Shown in pieces: positions 1 through 9,537 of a stretch of 64,000 bases of DNA (positions are counted from its first letter, which is position 1; each line of letters begins with the position of its first letter). The stretch covers positions 103,739 through 167,738 of the forward strand of contig CAJTSE010000007.1 in assembly GCA_910578815.1 (NCBI GenBank), in the 5' to 3' direction. Source of the DNA: an uncultured Acetatifactor sp. (GTDB lineage Bacteria > Bacillota > Clostridia > Lachnospirales > Lachnospiraceae). Made by a program: the position numbers and the translations under genes. The notes beneath the pieces are model-generated. The model ran no database searches, was not told the DNA's origin, and saw only the letters and a list, made by a program, of their open reading frames with translations.

Positions 1-378
1 TGCGGACCTTTGCGCAGACGTAAGCTCCAGCGCCGTAGTCACATGGGCAATACCGATCTTCTTCTGCTCTTTTACCTTTCCGGTAAAATATTCAAAAATC
101 TCCGGTAAATCCCTGTATCGCTCTTTGGAAATCACGATCTCCAGAAAATTCACCAGTTCCTCACTGGCCCGTCCTCTAAAGACCGTATCGACCACCTGCA
201 GCTTTTCCTGCTTTGGAATCCCCGGATGCTTCATCAACTCGTCGAAGCGGGGATTTTCCGCAAGAATCTTTCTGATTTCCTCGATTTCCTTAAATATCAT
301 ACCGGCCCTGTCTTCACCGGATTCCATAGCGGCTTCAAACAAGGCCTCGCCATATGTTTTGGATACTAACTTAGCCAT
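1..378 (-). CDS. atpH: F-type ATP synthase subunit delta (OSCP), first 126 codons; 3' end lies beyond the window edge
   Basis: Not in ORF track (runs off the edge). Minus-strand translation from ATG 378-376 reads MAKLVSKTYGEALFEAAMESGEDRAGMIFKEIEEIRKILAENPRFDELMKHPGIPKQEKLQVVDTVF... with no stop to position 1. Overlaps the atpF stop by 13 nt and follows atpB-E-F in canonical order. Confidence 0.8.
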   Translation of the reverse strand, partial: MAKLVSKTYGEALFEAAMESGEDRAGMIFKEIEEIRKILAENPRFDELMKHPGIPKQEKLQVVDTVFRGRASEELVNFLEIVISKERYRDLPEIFEYFTGKVKEQKKIGIAHVTTALELTSAQRSA

Positions 379-908
379 GTCTTATCACCTATTTCCTTTA
401 AGGTTTCATCAATGAGCTGATTCTGCACGGTGGTGTCGATGGAAGCGGACACTATCTTTCCCGCCATGATGGCCGCCACCGCAACAATTTCCCTCTTTAC
501 CTCGTCGGAGATCTTCTGCTTCTCAAGCTCGGCTTCCGTCTTTGCCCGCTCTAAAATGCGTGCCGCTTCCTCCTTAGCCTGAGCAATGATTTGATTTTCA
601 TTGTTCAGCGCTTTCTTCCGGGCCTCGCTTAAGATACCCTCCGCCTCTTTATCAATTTCCCTCAGCCTGCTCTCATATTCTTCCTTCAGGCGTCCTGCCT
701 CGTCCATGTCCTGCCTGGCCGTCTCCAGCTCGGAGCGTATCTTCTCCTTACGGTCGTTCAACATCTTCCTTGCAGGGTTGAACAGGAAATAGCTCATGAT
801 AAAGAACAACGCAAACATTGCGATGATAAGCAGGCAGGCATCCGCAATCAACTGCCAGTCTAAATCAAACAATCTTGACAGTGACGGGCTCTCTGTTAAA
901 AGTATCAT
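366..908 (-). CDS. atpF: F-type ATP synthase F0 subunit b
   Basis: One N-terminal TM helix followed by a long charged coiled coil (EAGRLKEEYESRLREIDKEAEGILSEARKKA...). Sits between atpE and atpH. Confidence 0.85.
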   Translation of the reverse strand: MILLTESPSLSRLFDLDWQLIADACLLIIAMFALFFIMSYFLFNPARKMLNDRKEKIRSELETARQDMDEAGRLKEEYESRLREIDKEAEGILSEARKKALNNENQIIAQAKEEAARILERAKTEAELEKQKISDEVKREIVAVAAIMAGKIVSASIDTTVQNQLIDETLKEIGDKTWLS

Positions 909-948
909 TCTCTGCCTCCTTTCTGCCTTTTATAAGCTTCGCCTGAGC

Positions 949-1248
<300 letters not shown>

Positions 1249-1321
1249 TTAATACCCATGTTGAAACCATGCCAGACCGCACAGCTCCTAAAAATCACGC
1301 CAGTGATTCTTTCCGTCTTTT

Positions 1322-2059
1322 TTAACGGCGCGTCCCATCACCTATCTCATTAGCGACGTAGGTCATGGTCAGCATACAAAATACATACGTTTGAATTGCT
1401 CCTGAGAACAAATCAAAATACACATGCAGCGCAGCGGGCCAAAGGGTTGCAACCCAGCCCAGCAGACCGTACACCAGAGCCATCATCGCCGTTCCCGACA
1501 GGACATTGGCAAACAGACGTAAGGACAAAGAAACCGGCACGGCCAGATTGCTGATGACATTGATCGGCACCCATATGGGCAGCCACTTCGGAAGGGGAGA
1601 ACAGTAATCTTCCCAGATCGTCAGCGGCTTCTGATACTTCCACTTGTTGATGCGGATCAGCGTAAACGTAATCAGCGCAAGCGGCAGCGTTACCCCGTAA
1701 TCCGCAGTGGGCGGACGCAGGCCGAAGAGACCGGATATGTTGCTGACCAGTATAAAGATAAAGACGGTGCCGATATAATTGTAGTACTTCGGCGCCGATT
1801 TCTCCATAGAAACATCCACCATACCGTCCAGCTTTTCCACGATCAGCTCCACTACGTTCTGGAAGCCGCCGGGCACCTCATTTGCCTTTGCCATACAACG
1901 CTTTGCCGCAACGGCAAATACGATCAATATCAGCATCACAAACAATACGCATACGTGTGTAGTTGTTATCCAGACAGTATGACCAAAAAAGGAATACTGA
2001 AAGACTCCATGGATCATAAAATCCACATCGCCGCCGGATAACAAAATCCCATGCTCCAT
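1322..2059 (-). CDS. atpB: F-type ATP synthase F0 subunit a
   Basis: Polytopic membrane protein with the conserved Arg motif LSLRLFANVLSG. Operon position fits. Confidence 0.9.
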   Translation of the reverse strand: MEHGILLSGGDVDFMIHGVFQYSFFGHTVWITTTHVCVLFVMLILIVFAVAAKRCMAKANEVPGGFQNVVELIVEKLDGMVDVSMEKSAPKYYNYIGTVFIFILVSNISGLFGLRPPTADYGVTLPLALITFTLIRINKWKYQKPLTIWEDYCSPLPKWLPIWVPINVISNLAVPVSLSLRLFANVLSGTAMMALVYGLLGWVATLWPAALHVYFDLFSGAIQTYVFCMLTMTYVANEIGDGTRR

Positions 2060-2113
2060 ACTTTCACCTCCTCTTCTCTCGTATTTTGTTTATCCGGAGA
2101 ACTTTCGTCCTCC

Positions 2114-2587
2114 TTAAGAGGCTTCTTCCGGCTCCCTGCTCCCTTCCTCAGGAAGGGCCTGGGGCACAGGATCGGTCTCATGAAACAACATGTTATAGAA
2201 TTTATGGGTGAACGGCTGAAGGTAAGCCGTCATCTTCAAGCTCATATAGCCTAAAAATACGATCAGGGTATCCATTACATTTGTCACCGAGATCAGGGCA
2301 AGCACTACAATGATCACCAGATACCGAAAAACATAGCCACGTGTAATCATTTTTGCGGCTGCCTCGCCGTTTGGCAGCGCCCGGTCCAGCGTCCTGGCCA
2401 TATGTATGCTGCCTGCCACCGCAAAAAGAACTCCGAACCACAGGCTCGAAGCATATCTGGCCTGATCCTTGGCAAAAAAGGCGCCTGCAATCTGGCATAC
2501 GATCCCGAACACCAGCATCCCCGTGTGCATTTCCAACAGTATCCTATCTGTCTTTTTCAGATACTTCATCATCTTTCCCGTTTTCAT
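2114..2587 (-). CDS. atpI: ATP synthase protein I-like small membrane protein
   Basis: Four predicted TM helices, located immediately upstream of atpB. Call rests mostly on position and topology. Confidence 0.55.
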   Translation of the reverse strand: MKTGKMMKYLKKTDRILLEMHTGMLVFGIVCQIAGAFFAKDQARYASSLWFGVLFAVAGSIHMARTLDRALPNGEAAAKMITRGYVFRYLVIIVVLALISVTNVMDTLIVFLGYMSLKMTAYLQPFTHKFYNMLFHETDPVPQALPEEGSREPEEAS

Positions 2588-2834
2588 CCCTGTCCGCCTT
2601 CTTCACCAGACGGTAAATTCCCTGACATCCTGCCACCGCCCCCACAAAAAACAAGATCACCGTGATAAACGATGTCCCCAGTCTGCGGTCAAGCCAAACC
2701 CCCAGCGCCGTGGTCATTCCCACAGAGGCGATCATGACCAGACCCAGTTGCGTAATCAGGGGCAATATTCTAAATGTTTCCCTTTTATCATCCTTCCGAT
2801 GTTTCATGTAGCTAATTATATCCAATCTTACCAA
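2544..2834 (-). CDS. AtpZ/AtpR-like small membrane protein (first gene of the atp operon); start may be ATG 2807
   Basis: Two TM helices (LITQLGLVMIASVGMTTALGVWLDRRLGTSFITVILFFVGAVAG), typical of the 'ATPase gene 1' family. Heads the operon. Confidence 0.5.
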   Translation of the reverse strand: MVRLDIISYMKHRKDDKRETFRILPLITQLGLVMIASVGMTTALGVWLDRRLGTSFITVILFFVGAVAGCQGIYRLVKKADRDENGKDDEVSEKDR

Positions 2835-2863
2835 AAAAGTCTAGAAATATTTACAGCTTACCA

Positions 2864-2892
2864 TTGACTCTGCGGCTTTCCGGTTGTAGTAT
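2864..2892 (+). promoter_or_regulatory. Sigma-A-like promoter for the GNAT gene: TTGACT-N17-TAGTAT
   Basis: TTGACT at 2864-2869, 17-nt spacer, TAGTAT at 2887-2892, 33 nt upstream of ATG 2926, which has an AAAGGAG RBS. Confidence 0.4.
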
Positions 2893-2925
2893 CTAAACAA
2901 AACAAAGAAAAGGAGCCGACGCACC

Positions 2926-3474
2926 ATGTACGTACGCACCGCCACACCCCTGGATGCCGGGGCGCTGCTTGACATATACGCTCCCTATGTGGAGCACACG
3001 GCTGTCACCTTTGAATATACCGTTCCCACCCTGCCGGAATTTGAAAGCCGAATCCGGCATACCCTGGAAAAGTATCCTTATCTGACAGCCGAAGAAGACG
3101 GCGATCTTTTGGGATATGCGTATGCCTCCGCCTTCAAAGGACGGGCAGCTTACGATTGGTCCGTCGAGACCTCCATATATGTGGATGAACACCATTCAGG
3201 AAGGGGAATCGGAACGGCCCTGTACAAGGCATTAGAAGAAACACTGCGCAGACAGCATATCTACAATCTGTGTGCCTGTATTGCCTGGCCCAATCCCGCC
3301 AGTATTGCCTTTCACGAGCGCTTCGGCTACAAAACCGCCGCCCGTTTCCATGCTTCCGGTTTCAAAGACGGAAAATGGTATGACATGATCTGGATGGAAA
3401 AAGAGCTATGCCCTCATATCATTCCGCCTCTGCCCTTTATTCCTTTTCCCCGGTTACATCATGGAACCTGCTAA
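2926..3474 (+). CDS. GNAT N-acetyltransferase (phosphinothricin-acetyltransferase-like)
   Basis: Sequence ATPLDAGALLDIYAPYVEHTAVTFEYTVPTLPEFESRI...HHSGRGIGTALYKALE matches the PAT-type GNAT layout and acetyl-CoA loop. Confidence 0.8.
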   Translation: MYVRTATPLDAGALLDIYAPYVEHTAVTFEYTVPTLPEFESRIRHTLEKYPYLTAEEDGDLLGYAYASAFKGRAAYDWSVETSIYVDEHHSGRGIGTALYKALEETLRRQHIYNLCACIAWPNPASIAFHERFGYKTAARFHASGFKDGKWYDMIWMEKELCPHIIPPLPFIPFPRLHHGTC

Positions 3475-3523
3475 ATGATTTCATATTTCATAATATCATA
3501 AATATTAAGAAAGAGGACTTCTC

Positions 3524-4006
3524 ATGAACAAGATTTCCGGTATCTATCGTTGCAGGCTGATCCCTGCAGAGCGCATCCTGCTAAAAGATGACATTATCGT
3601 GGAGCAAAACGATGAGTTCGTCGTTACCAAATGGAACACGATCCGCCCAAAGCCGGGCTTTTCTCACGGCTGTTCCTGCTATTTTCTTCAGGAAGGCATC
3701 AAAGTCAGCAAAATCTACCGGGCCGACCATTCTCTATTATACTGGTACTGTGACATTGTAGATTACCGTTTCGATCCTGCGGATTCTTCCCTGACGGTCA
3801 CTGACCTGCTGGCAGATGTAATCCTCTATCCTGACGGACGCATGGAAGTAGCAGACCTGGATGAACTGGCAGAGGCCATGGAACGGAATCTGATCACAAA
3901 GGAACAGATGACCGCCTGCCTGCGCAGCCTGAATCATCTGCTCACAATGATTTACCGGGATAAATTTGACAGACTGCAGTCCCGCTTAAACAATCTGGGA
4001 CTGTGA
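3524..4006 (+). CDS. DUF402-domain protein (FomD-like nucleotide phosphatase family)
   Basis: Core YWYCDIVDY...DLLADVILYPDG...DLDEL resembles DUF402. Motif recognised by eye only. Confidence 0.55.
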   Translation: MNKISGIYRCRLIPAERILLKDDIIVEQNDEFVVTKWNTIRPKPGFSHGCSCYFLQEGIKVSKIYRADHSLLYWYCDIVDYRFDPADSSLTVTDLLADVILYPDGRMEVADLDELAEAMERNLITKEQMTACLRSLNHLLTMIYRDKFDRLQSRLNNLGL

Positions 4007-4018
4007 GGACTGGGCTTC

Positions 4019-5230
4019 TTAATAAAATATGTGGCCGCCGATGCTGATACCTGTCAGTCCGGGAATAGGTGTGCGGAAAAAGACACAGTTCCCGACATTA
4101 GTAATACCGGACATTGCCTCATCCGCGGCTCTGTAACAGTCCGGTGTGGCTTTGTTGACTCCCAGCGCCAAATCCAGTCTGCCGCTGGCCACCGGAGAGA
4201 ACTGCTTTTTCTGGTAGATCACTCCCAACACGGAATCCGGGAACTTGGCACTGAGCACTCTGTTTATGACCACGCTTCCCACCGCAAGCTTCCCTTCGTA
4301 CGGCTCGCCCCCTGCCTCGCAGTATATCAGATTTGCAAGCAGGTAGCGGTCATTTTCGCTGAAGCTGACCTGGGAAATGTCGCGCCAGGCCGCGTTGGCT
4401 GCCGCCTGCGACAAAGCAATTTCTTCGGCGAGCTTCTTTTTTAAATATTCCAGATTTTCTTCTTCCTTCTTAATCTGCGCTTCTACTTCTTCGGCCTTCC
4501 GCTCCGCCTCGGCAATCTGATCACCATAATCCGCGATGGAGTTAGATGTTTGCCGGATCAGCCCAGAAACCTTTTCCTTTTCGGCTTCCGCCTGAACCTT
4601 CAGAAAATCCAGCTCACCCTTTTCCCCTTGCAGCCTCTCTTCCTGTTCTTCTACATAAATACGGGTAGCCTTGTACTCTTCCATCTTCTGCCGCTCATAC
4701 GCCGCCACCTTTTCAACATAATCCGCCGTATTTAATATGCCGGAAATGCTTCTTTCCTTTAACAGCACATTAATGTAGCTTTCCTCCCTATTTTCATACA
4801 GAGCGCGCACCCGGTCCACCATACATTCATATTGCCATTTTTCCGTAGCCTTTGCTTCCTCCAGCGCTGCTTGGGTATCCAGTATCTCCTGTTCCTTGTC
4901 CCTAATCTGCTGCTCCAAATTCTCCAGATTTTCCACAACCTGATTTAACTGGGTATTCAGCTTATTCAATTCTTTCTTCAGCGCTTTCTGCTCGCCCTCC
5001 AGCTCTTCCAGCTCTTCTTCCTGCTCGTTACGCTCATTCTCCAGCTCCTGGCGCCTCTGTTCACTTTCGTTAATCTGCTGCTGTGTGCTGGATGTTGCAG
5101 ACACCACAAGAGAGCCGGGGAAAATCCTTCCTCCGGCATTTCCTGTATTATCTCCCGTCCGATCCGGGAATATTGTTCCGGCTATCAATACCGCAGCCGT
5201 CAAAACAGCCGTTTTTTTCCAGCCCTTCAA
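4019..5230 (-). CDS. Secreted cell-wall hydrolase, SleB/CwlJ-type catalytic domain with N-terminal coiled coil
   Basis: Signal/TM helix, long Glu/Lys/Gln-rich coiled coil, and C-terminal LLANLIYCEAGGEPYEGKLAVGSVVINRVLS...VIYQKKQFSPV (Hydrolase_2 signature). Confidence 0.75.
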   Translation of the reverse strand: MKGWKKTAVLTAAVLIAGTIFPDRTGDNTGNAGGRIFPGSLVVSATSSTQQQINESEQRRQELENERNEQEEELEELEGEQKALKKELNKLNTQLNQVVENLENLEQQIRDKEQEILDTQAALEEAKATEKWQYECMVDRVRALYENREESYINVLLKERSISGILNTADYVEKVAAYERQKMEEYKATRIYVEEQEERLQGEKGELDFLKVQAEAEKEKVSGLIRQTSNSIADYGDQIAEAERKAEEVEAQIKKEEENLEYLKKKLAEEIALSQAAANAAWRDISQVSFSENDRYLLANLIYCEAGGEPYEGKLAVGSVVINRVLSAKFPDSVLGVIYQKKQFSPVASGRLDLALGVNKATPDCYRAADEAMSGITNVGNCVFFRTPIPGLTGISIGGHIFY

Positions 5231-5295
5231 CTTTCCTGTCCTGCCTTTCCCTCAATTCGTTCGGAAATCCCACAGCGACGGGGAACCGCGTACCC

Positions 5296-5778
5296 TCAGA
5301 CCTGAATATGTATCTGCCGCCCTGTGCAGGAATAAGGGATATAACTCACTCCCGCAGCGTCAAACATTTTTTTGGATGCCTTGTTTCCCGGAGTTCCCTC
5401 ATACTTGTCACTGTCATAAACCACCGTCCTGATCCCTGCCTGTATAATGGCCTTTGCACATTCATTACAGGGGAACAAAGATACATATATCTTCGTGCCC
5501 TCCAGAGAACCGCCACGATAGTTTAAAATTGCATTCAATTCGCTATGAGTCACAAACGGATACTTTGTATCAAGCTCGTCCCCTTCCTTTTCCCAGGGAA
5601 ACTCATCATCCGAGCAGCCGCTGGGAAAGCCGTTGTAACCCATAGATAATATTTTGTTGTCACTGCTGACAATGCAGGCCCCCACCTGTGTGTTTGGGTC
5701 CTTGGAACGCATGCCTGAGAGCTGGGCAACTCCCATGAAATATTCATCCCAGCTGATATAATCTTTCCGCTTTCCCAT
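5296..5778 (-). CDS. comEB: dCMP (deoxycytidylate) deaminase
   Basis: Zinc motifs HSELNAI and PCNECAK. Start set to MGKRKDYISWDEYFMG (ATG 5778), because the longer ORF would overlap upp. Confidence 0.85.
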   Translation of the reverse strand: MGKRKDYISWDEYFMGVAQLSGMRSKDPNTQVGACIVSSDNKILSMGYNGFPSGCSDDEFPWEKEGDELDTKYPFVTHSELNAILNYRGGSLEGTKIYVSLFPCNECAKAIIQAGIRTVVYDSDKYEGTPGNKASKKMFDAAGVSYIPYSCTGRQIHIQV

Positions 5779-5797
5779 CCTATCTCCTTGTTTATAT

Positions 5798-6427
5798 CTA
5801 TTTTGTACCGAAAATACGGTCTCCCGCATCCCCCAGCCCCGGAACGATATAGCCATGATCATTCAGCTTCTCATCCAATGCCCCCACGTACATATCCACA
5901 TCCGGATGTGCCTCTTCCATGGCCCGGATACCCTCCGGCGCGGCAATAATACACATAAAATGAATATTTTTGCATCCCCGGTCCTTCAACATCTGTATCG
6001 CTGCCACCGAGGAACCGCCTGTAGCCAGCATGGGATCCACAACAAACACCTCGCGCTCCGCGCAATCCGCAGGCAGCTTGCAATAATACTCTACCGGTTT
6101 TAAGGTATCCGGATCCCGATAAAGACCAATATGCCCCACCTTTGCTGCCGGAATCAAATTCAGTATGCCGTCTACCATTCCCAGTCCTGCACGCAGAATC
6201 GGTATCACCGCCATTTTTTTGCCGCTCAGCTCTTTTGCCGTAGTCTTACAGATTGGCGTAGTGATCTCTACATCTCCCAGCTTCAGATCGCGGGTAGCCT
6301 CATAACAGATCAGCATGGCGATCTCGCTGATAGTCTGCCGAAAGTCCTTCGTGCCCGTCTCCTTTCTGCGAATAAATCCAATCTTATGCTGGATCAGGGG
6401 ATGATCCATGATTACCACTTTTGCCAT
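5798..6427 (-). CDS. upp: Uracil phosphoribosyltransferase
   Basis: Full-length Upp pattern: [24 protein letters not shown]...[11 protein letters not shown]...[17 protein letters not shown]. Confidence 0.95.
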   Translation of the reverse strand: MAKVVIMDHPLIQHKIGFIRRKETGTKDFRQTISEIAMLICYEATRDLKLGDVEITTPICKTTAKELSGKKMAVIPILRAGLGMVDGILNLIPAAKVGHIGLYRDPDTLKPVEYYCKLPADCAEREVFVVDPMLATGGSSVAAIQMLKDRGCKNIHFMCIIAAPEGIRAMEEAHPDVDMYVGALDEKLNDHGYIVPGLGDAGDRIFGTK

Positions 6428-6428
6428 C

Positions 6429-6863
6429 TTATTTTCCTCCCTCTATCATGTCAATTCTGCGTTGATGTTTTTCTTCACCGGAAAAATCCGTGTTCAGGAA
6501 GGTCTCCACAATATCCAGTGCAAGGCTGGTCCCCAGAATTCCGCCTCCCAGCGCCAGTACGTTGGCATCGTTATGCAGCCTTGTCATTTTAGCGGAAAAA
6601 GTGTCCGCACAAAGGGCACAGCGCACGCCCTGCACCTTGTTTGCCACCATGCTGATGCCAATGCCCGTGGTGCAGATAACAATGCCCTTTTCACAGCTTC
6701 CGTCCGCCACTGCCTCCGCTGCCGCCCGTCCATAGACAGGGTAATCCACGGAATCCCTGCCGTTGCACCCAAAATCCCGATAGGGAATGTTCTTTCCTTC
6801 CAGATAGCGCTTCACGCTTTCCTTTAATTCATAGCCGCCGTGGTCACTTCCGATTGCAATCAT
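6429..6863 (-). CDS. rpiB: Ribose-5-phosphate isomerase B
   Basis: [22 protein letters not shown]...[23 protein letters not shown] is the RpiB/LacAB family signature. Confidence 0.9.
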   Translation of the reverse strand: MIAIGSDHGGYELKESVKRYLEGKNIPYRDFGCNGRDSVDYPVYGRAAAEAVADGSCEKGIVICTTGIGISMVANKVQGVRCALCADTFSAKMTRLHNDANVLALGGGILGTSLALDIVETFLNTDFSGEEKHQRRIDMIEGGK

Positions 6864-7026
6864 TTCATCCTCATTTCTGCGCAGCTTACATTGTTTTTTA
6901 ATACCTCATATGGCTTATAGATCTGCGGACGCCGCGCAGCCGCAGACCGGTTTTATTTGTTCCTTTATCTTTACAGACGGTTTCTTCTGCCTTTGGTTTT
7001 TACTATTTCCAAAAAACAACTTATAA

Positions 7027-8091
7027 TTACAATCTAACTACATGATGCCCTGCCGCCTTTAACAGCCTGTTCATGATGGCTTGTCCTAATCCGGAGGTTT
7101 CAAAGCTTTCCGCAAATATTTTTGTGACACCTTCGTCGTCAAACTCTCTCAGTATCGAAAAAAGATTCTTTGCAATACTCTCTTCATCCCTGCGGCTGCC
7201 CACACATTTGATAACATTCCCCCGATACCGGGAAAAGTTCTCGCTGGCACACAGGATTCCCGTCTTTTCACCTTTTTCCTGCTCTGCTGCTGCCTGAAGA
7301 TTAATATACTCCACTGCCTTTTCAGAAGTTCCCTCCACGATCACCAGCTCCCCCTTTGGCGCATAATGTCGGTATTTCATACCAGGGGCCTTCGGAGCCT
7401 GTCCACTGTCTGCTTCCATAATTGCGACATCCATGTCAACTTCATTCAGGACGTTACCGAGCATTTCTGCGGTCACATAACCAGGACGCAATATTTGAGG
7501 CGGCAGAACAGTCAGATCAAGAATAGTAGATTCCAGTCCGATACCTACCTGACCTCCGTCCAAAATCATCTCTATCCTTCCGTTCATATCCTGAATCACA
7601 TATTTTGCCAGCGTAGGGCTTGGACGCCCTGAGCGATTGGCACTGGGAGCGGCTACATATCCGCCGCTGTATTCAATCAGTTTTCTGGCAATCCTATCCG
7701 ATGGAAAGCGAACGGCTACGGTTTCCAGCCCGCCCGTGGTTTCTGTTGGAACCAGCTCCGTTTTATGCAGTATCATGGTCAGTGGTCCCGGCCAGAACGC
7801 TTCTGCAATCCTCATTGCCTCTTCCGGCACCTGAGAGGCAATTTTCGTCAAATCCTCCAGCCTGCATATATGCACAATCAGAGGATTGTCCGAGGGTCTC
7901 CCCTTTGCCGCATAAATCTTTCGGGCCGACTCCGCATTTAAAGCATCTCCGCCCAGTCCGTATACGGTTTCCGTTGGAAACGCCACCAGCCCGCCGCCCT
8001 TTATGATGCTTCCTGCACGGCGCAGCGCCGCATCCTCTTCTGCCGTAAACATTTCCCCCTGCGGCATGATCTTCACTGTTACTGTATCCAT
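7027..8091 (-). CDS. tsaC: L-threonylcarbamoyladenylate synthase (Sua5/YwlC type, with C-terminal Sua5 domain)
   Basis: GGLVAFPTETVYGLGGDA...KGRPSDNPLIVHI...GPLT core. Start set to MDTVTVKIM (ATG 8091). The 73 upstream codons of the tracked ORF are just translation of the tandem repeat. Confidence 0.85.
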   Translation of the reverse strand: MDTVTVKIMPQGEMFTAEEDAALRRAGSIIKGGGLVAFPTETVYGLGGDALNAESARKIYAAKGRPSDNPLIVHICRLEDLTKIASQVPEEAMRIAEAFWPGPLTMILHKTELVPTETTGGLETVAVRFPSDRIARKLIEYSGGYVAAPSANRSGRPSPTLAKYVIQDMNGRIEMILDGGQVGIGLESTILDLTVLPPQILRPGYVTAEMLGNVLNEVDMDVAIMEADSGQAPKAPGMKYRHYAPKGELVIVEGTSEKAVEYINLQAAAEQEKGEKTGILCASENFSRYRGNVIKCVGSRRDEESIAKNLFSILREFDDEGVTKIFAESFETSGLGQAIMNRLLKAAGHHVVRL

Positions 8092-8116
8092 CGTAGCCCA
8101 CACCCTGCCTGTCCCG

Positions 8117-8548
8117 TCTTTTTGCAAGCCGCCTTGGTTTATGCTTCTTTTTACTCGCAAGCTTGCGCTTCCGCGCTTTCTTTGCATGCTCCCCTTGGTT
8201 TCTGCTTCTTTTTTACTCGCAAGCTCGCGCTTCCGCGCTTTCTTTGCAAACTCCCATGGTTTCTGCTTCTTTTTTACTCGCAAGCTCGCGCTTCCGCGCT
8301 TTCTTTGCATGCTCCCTTGGTTTCTGTTTTTTTACTCGCAAGCTCGCGCTTCCGCGCTTTCTTTGCATGCTCCCATGGTTTCTGCTTCTTTTTTACTCGC
8401 AAGCTCGCGCTTCCGCGCTTTCTTTGCATGCTCCCCTTGGTTTCTGCTTCTTTTTTTACTCGCAAGCTCGCGCTTCCGCGCTTTCTTTGCAAACTCCCTT
8501 GGTTTCTGCTTCTTTTTTACTCGCAAGCTCGCGCTTCCGCGCTTTCTT
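8117..8548. repeat. Tandem array, about 7 copies of a 58-63-bp unit (ACTCGCAAGCTCGCGCTTCCGCGCTTTCTTTGCATGCTCCCCTTGGTTTCTGCTTCTTTTTT)
   Basis: 'actcgcaagct' recurs at 8153, 8215, 8276, 8334, 8395, 8458 and 8519. Units are near-identical with small indels and substitutions. The array starts 26 nt upstream of the tsaC start codon. Confidence 0.95.
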
Positions 8549-8635
8549 GTCTGCTTACGCAGACAGCTTGCTCGTTAATAGGCGCAGGAAAATCAAATGC
8601 CGCAAAGCGGCGCTTGATTTTCTGCTGCGCCTATT
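8549..8635. repeat. Array tail: short hairpin GTCTGC-ttac-GCAGAC (8549-8564), a conserved linker, then a long imperfect hairpin (arms 8577-8603 / 8607-8635)
   Basis: Arms AATAGGCGCAGGAAAATCAAATGCCGC / GCGGCGCTTGATTTTCTGCTGCGCCTATT are complementary apart from a few mismatches or bulges. Confidence 0.8.
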
Positions 8636-8664
8636 ATATCATACATTTTTTTAAATTTAAAGTA

Positions 8665-9402
8665 TTAGTGGGTATTTAGATATTGCAGGATCCCCATATG
8701 TATGGCCCAGGCCAGTTCTTCCTGATATTCATCCGAGCAAAGTTTCTTTGCTTCCTCGCTGTTGGAAAGGAAGCCGCACTCCACGATAACAATGGGCACA
8801 CTGGTTTTCTTTAACAGATAATAGCTGTCATTGGCCTTTATCTGCCGCCGGTTCTCCGGATCCACCTTATTCACCAGCTGTCGCTGGACACACTCAGCCA
8901 GCTCCTGCCCCTCCCTGCTTCCAGAATAAAAAAACACCTGGGCACCATGCACATATTCTTCCGGATAACTGTTTTGATGAATACTGACCGTAATCTGGGG
9001 CGCAGCTTCTTCTATGATCTGTAACCGCTTTTTCATATCCTGTACCTTCTTGTTTGACGCTCCCTCATCATAAAGTCCTTCGTCCCTCTCCCTTGTCATT
9101 ACCACCCTCACATCATTTGCTTCCAGATATTTCTTAAGTTTTTCCGCAATCAGCAGATTAACCTCTTTTTCCTTTGCATTATTGATCCCTATCTTTCCAG
9201 GATCATTTCCGCCATGACCGGCATCAATCACAACACAGTATACATTGTCCGCCAAAGCATCGCCGCCTTTTCCCACTCCCTTGGCCGTGGTATACAATAC
9301 CACTTCCCGCCCCACGTACACAAGGGAAAGCAGAAAAAGCATTCCCAGCACTGCCGAAAACAGCCTTTGATTCCATTTACTCATAATACTGCCTGCCGCC
9401 AT
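8665..9402 (-). CDS. cwlD: N-acetylmuramoyl-L-alanine amidase (Amidase_3; CwlD-like, germination-associated)
   Basis: N-terminal TM helix, then VVIDAGHGGNDPGKIG...EKEVNLLIAEKLKKYLE...SIHQNS...GAQVFF. Size and layout match CwlD. Confidence 0.65.
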   Translation of the reverse strand: MAAGSIMSKWNQRLFSAVLGMLFLLSLVYVGREVVLYTTAKGVGKGGDALADNVYCVVIDAGHGGNDPGKIGINNAKEKEVNLLIAEKLKKYLEANDVRVVMTRERDEGLYDEGASNKKVQDMKKRLQIIEEAAPQITVSIHQNSYPEEYVHGAQVFFYSGSREGQELAECVQRQLVNKVDPENRRQIKANDSYYLLKKTSVPIVIVECGFLSNSEEAKKLCSDEYQEELAWAIHMGILQYLNTH

Positions 9403-9537
9403 CCATTTTCCTTAAATATATATTCTTATTAATTTTTCTTTAAAACCGCTAAAAGTGTTGCATTGTTCGTTTTTTTAGTCTAATATGAACTTAAAGAGAT
9501 GTCCCAAAAGCGGGCATAAGGTATTTAAGGTAAATTT

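Noticed and set aside
2202-2867. Alternative ORFs overlapping atpI/atpZ on both strands (98, 87, 87 and 132 aa).
   Set aside because: They overlap membrane-protein genes that fit the atp operon. Their compositions are Pro/Arg/Ser-rich and non-protein-like.
5779-5862. Upstream extensions of several tracked ORFs: comEB 5862, rpsF 46012, rpn 47033, rfbG 48582, rfbF 50728, methyltransferase 55930, epimerase 60175, RSH 53404, SBP 40428.
   Set aside because: In each case the family homology and a good RBS begin at an internal start codon. The extension also overlaps the upstream gene or a promoter.
8117-8548. Possible CRISPR array (also considered for 15951-16166).
   Set aside because: The repeat units are directly contiguous with no unique spacers. 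The units are 58-64 bp. No cas genes are in the window.
8003-8679. Stack of overlapping ORFs (191, 185 and 163 aa on plus; 72 and 64 aa on minus) and the 73-codon N-terminal extension of ORF 7027-8310.
   Set aside because: All are translations of the 61-bp tandem array in different frames. They give periodic peptide repeats, have no RBS, and are mutually overlapping. The tsaC homology only begins at MDTVTV (ATG 8091).
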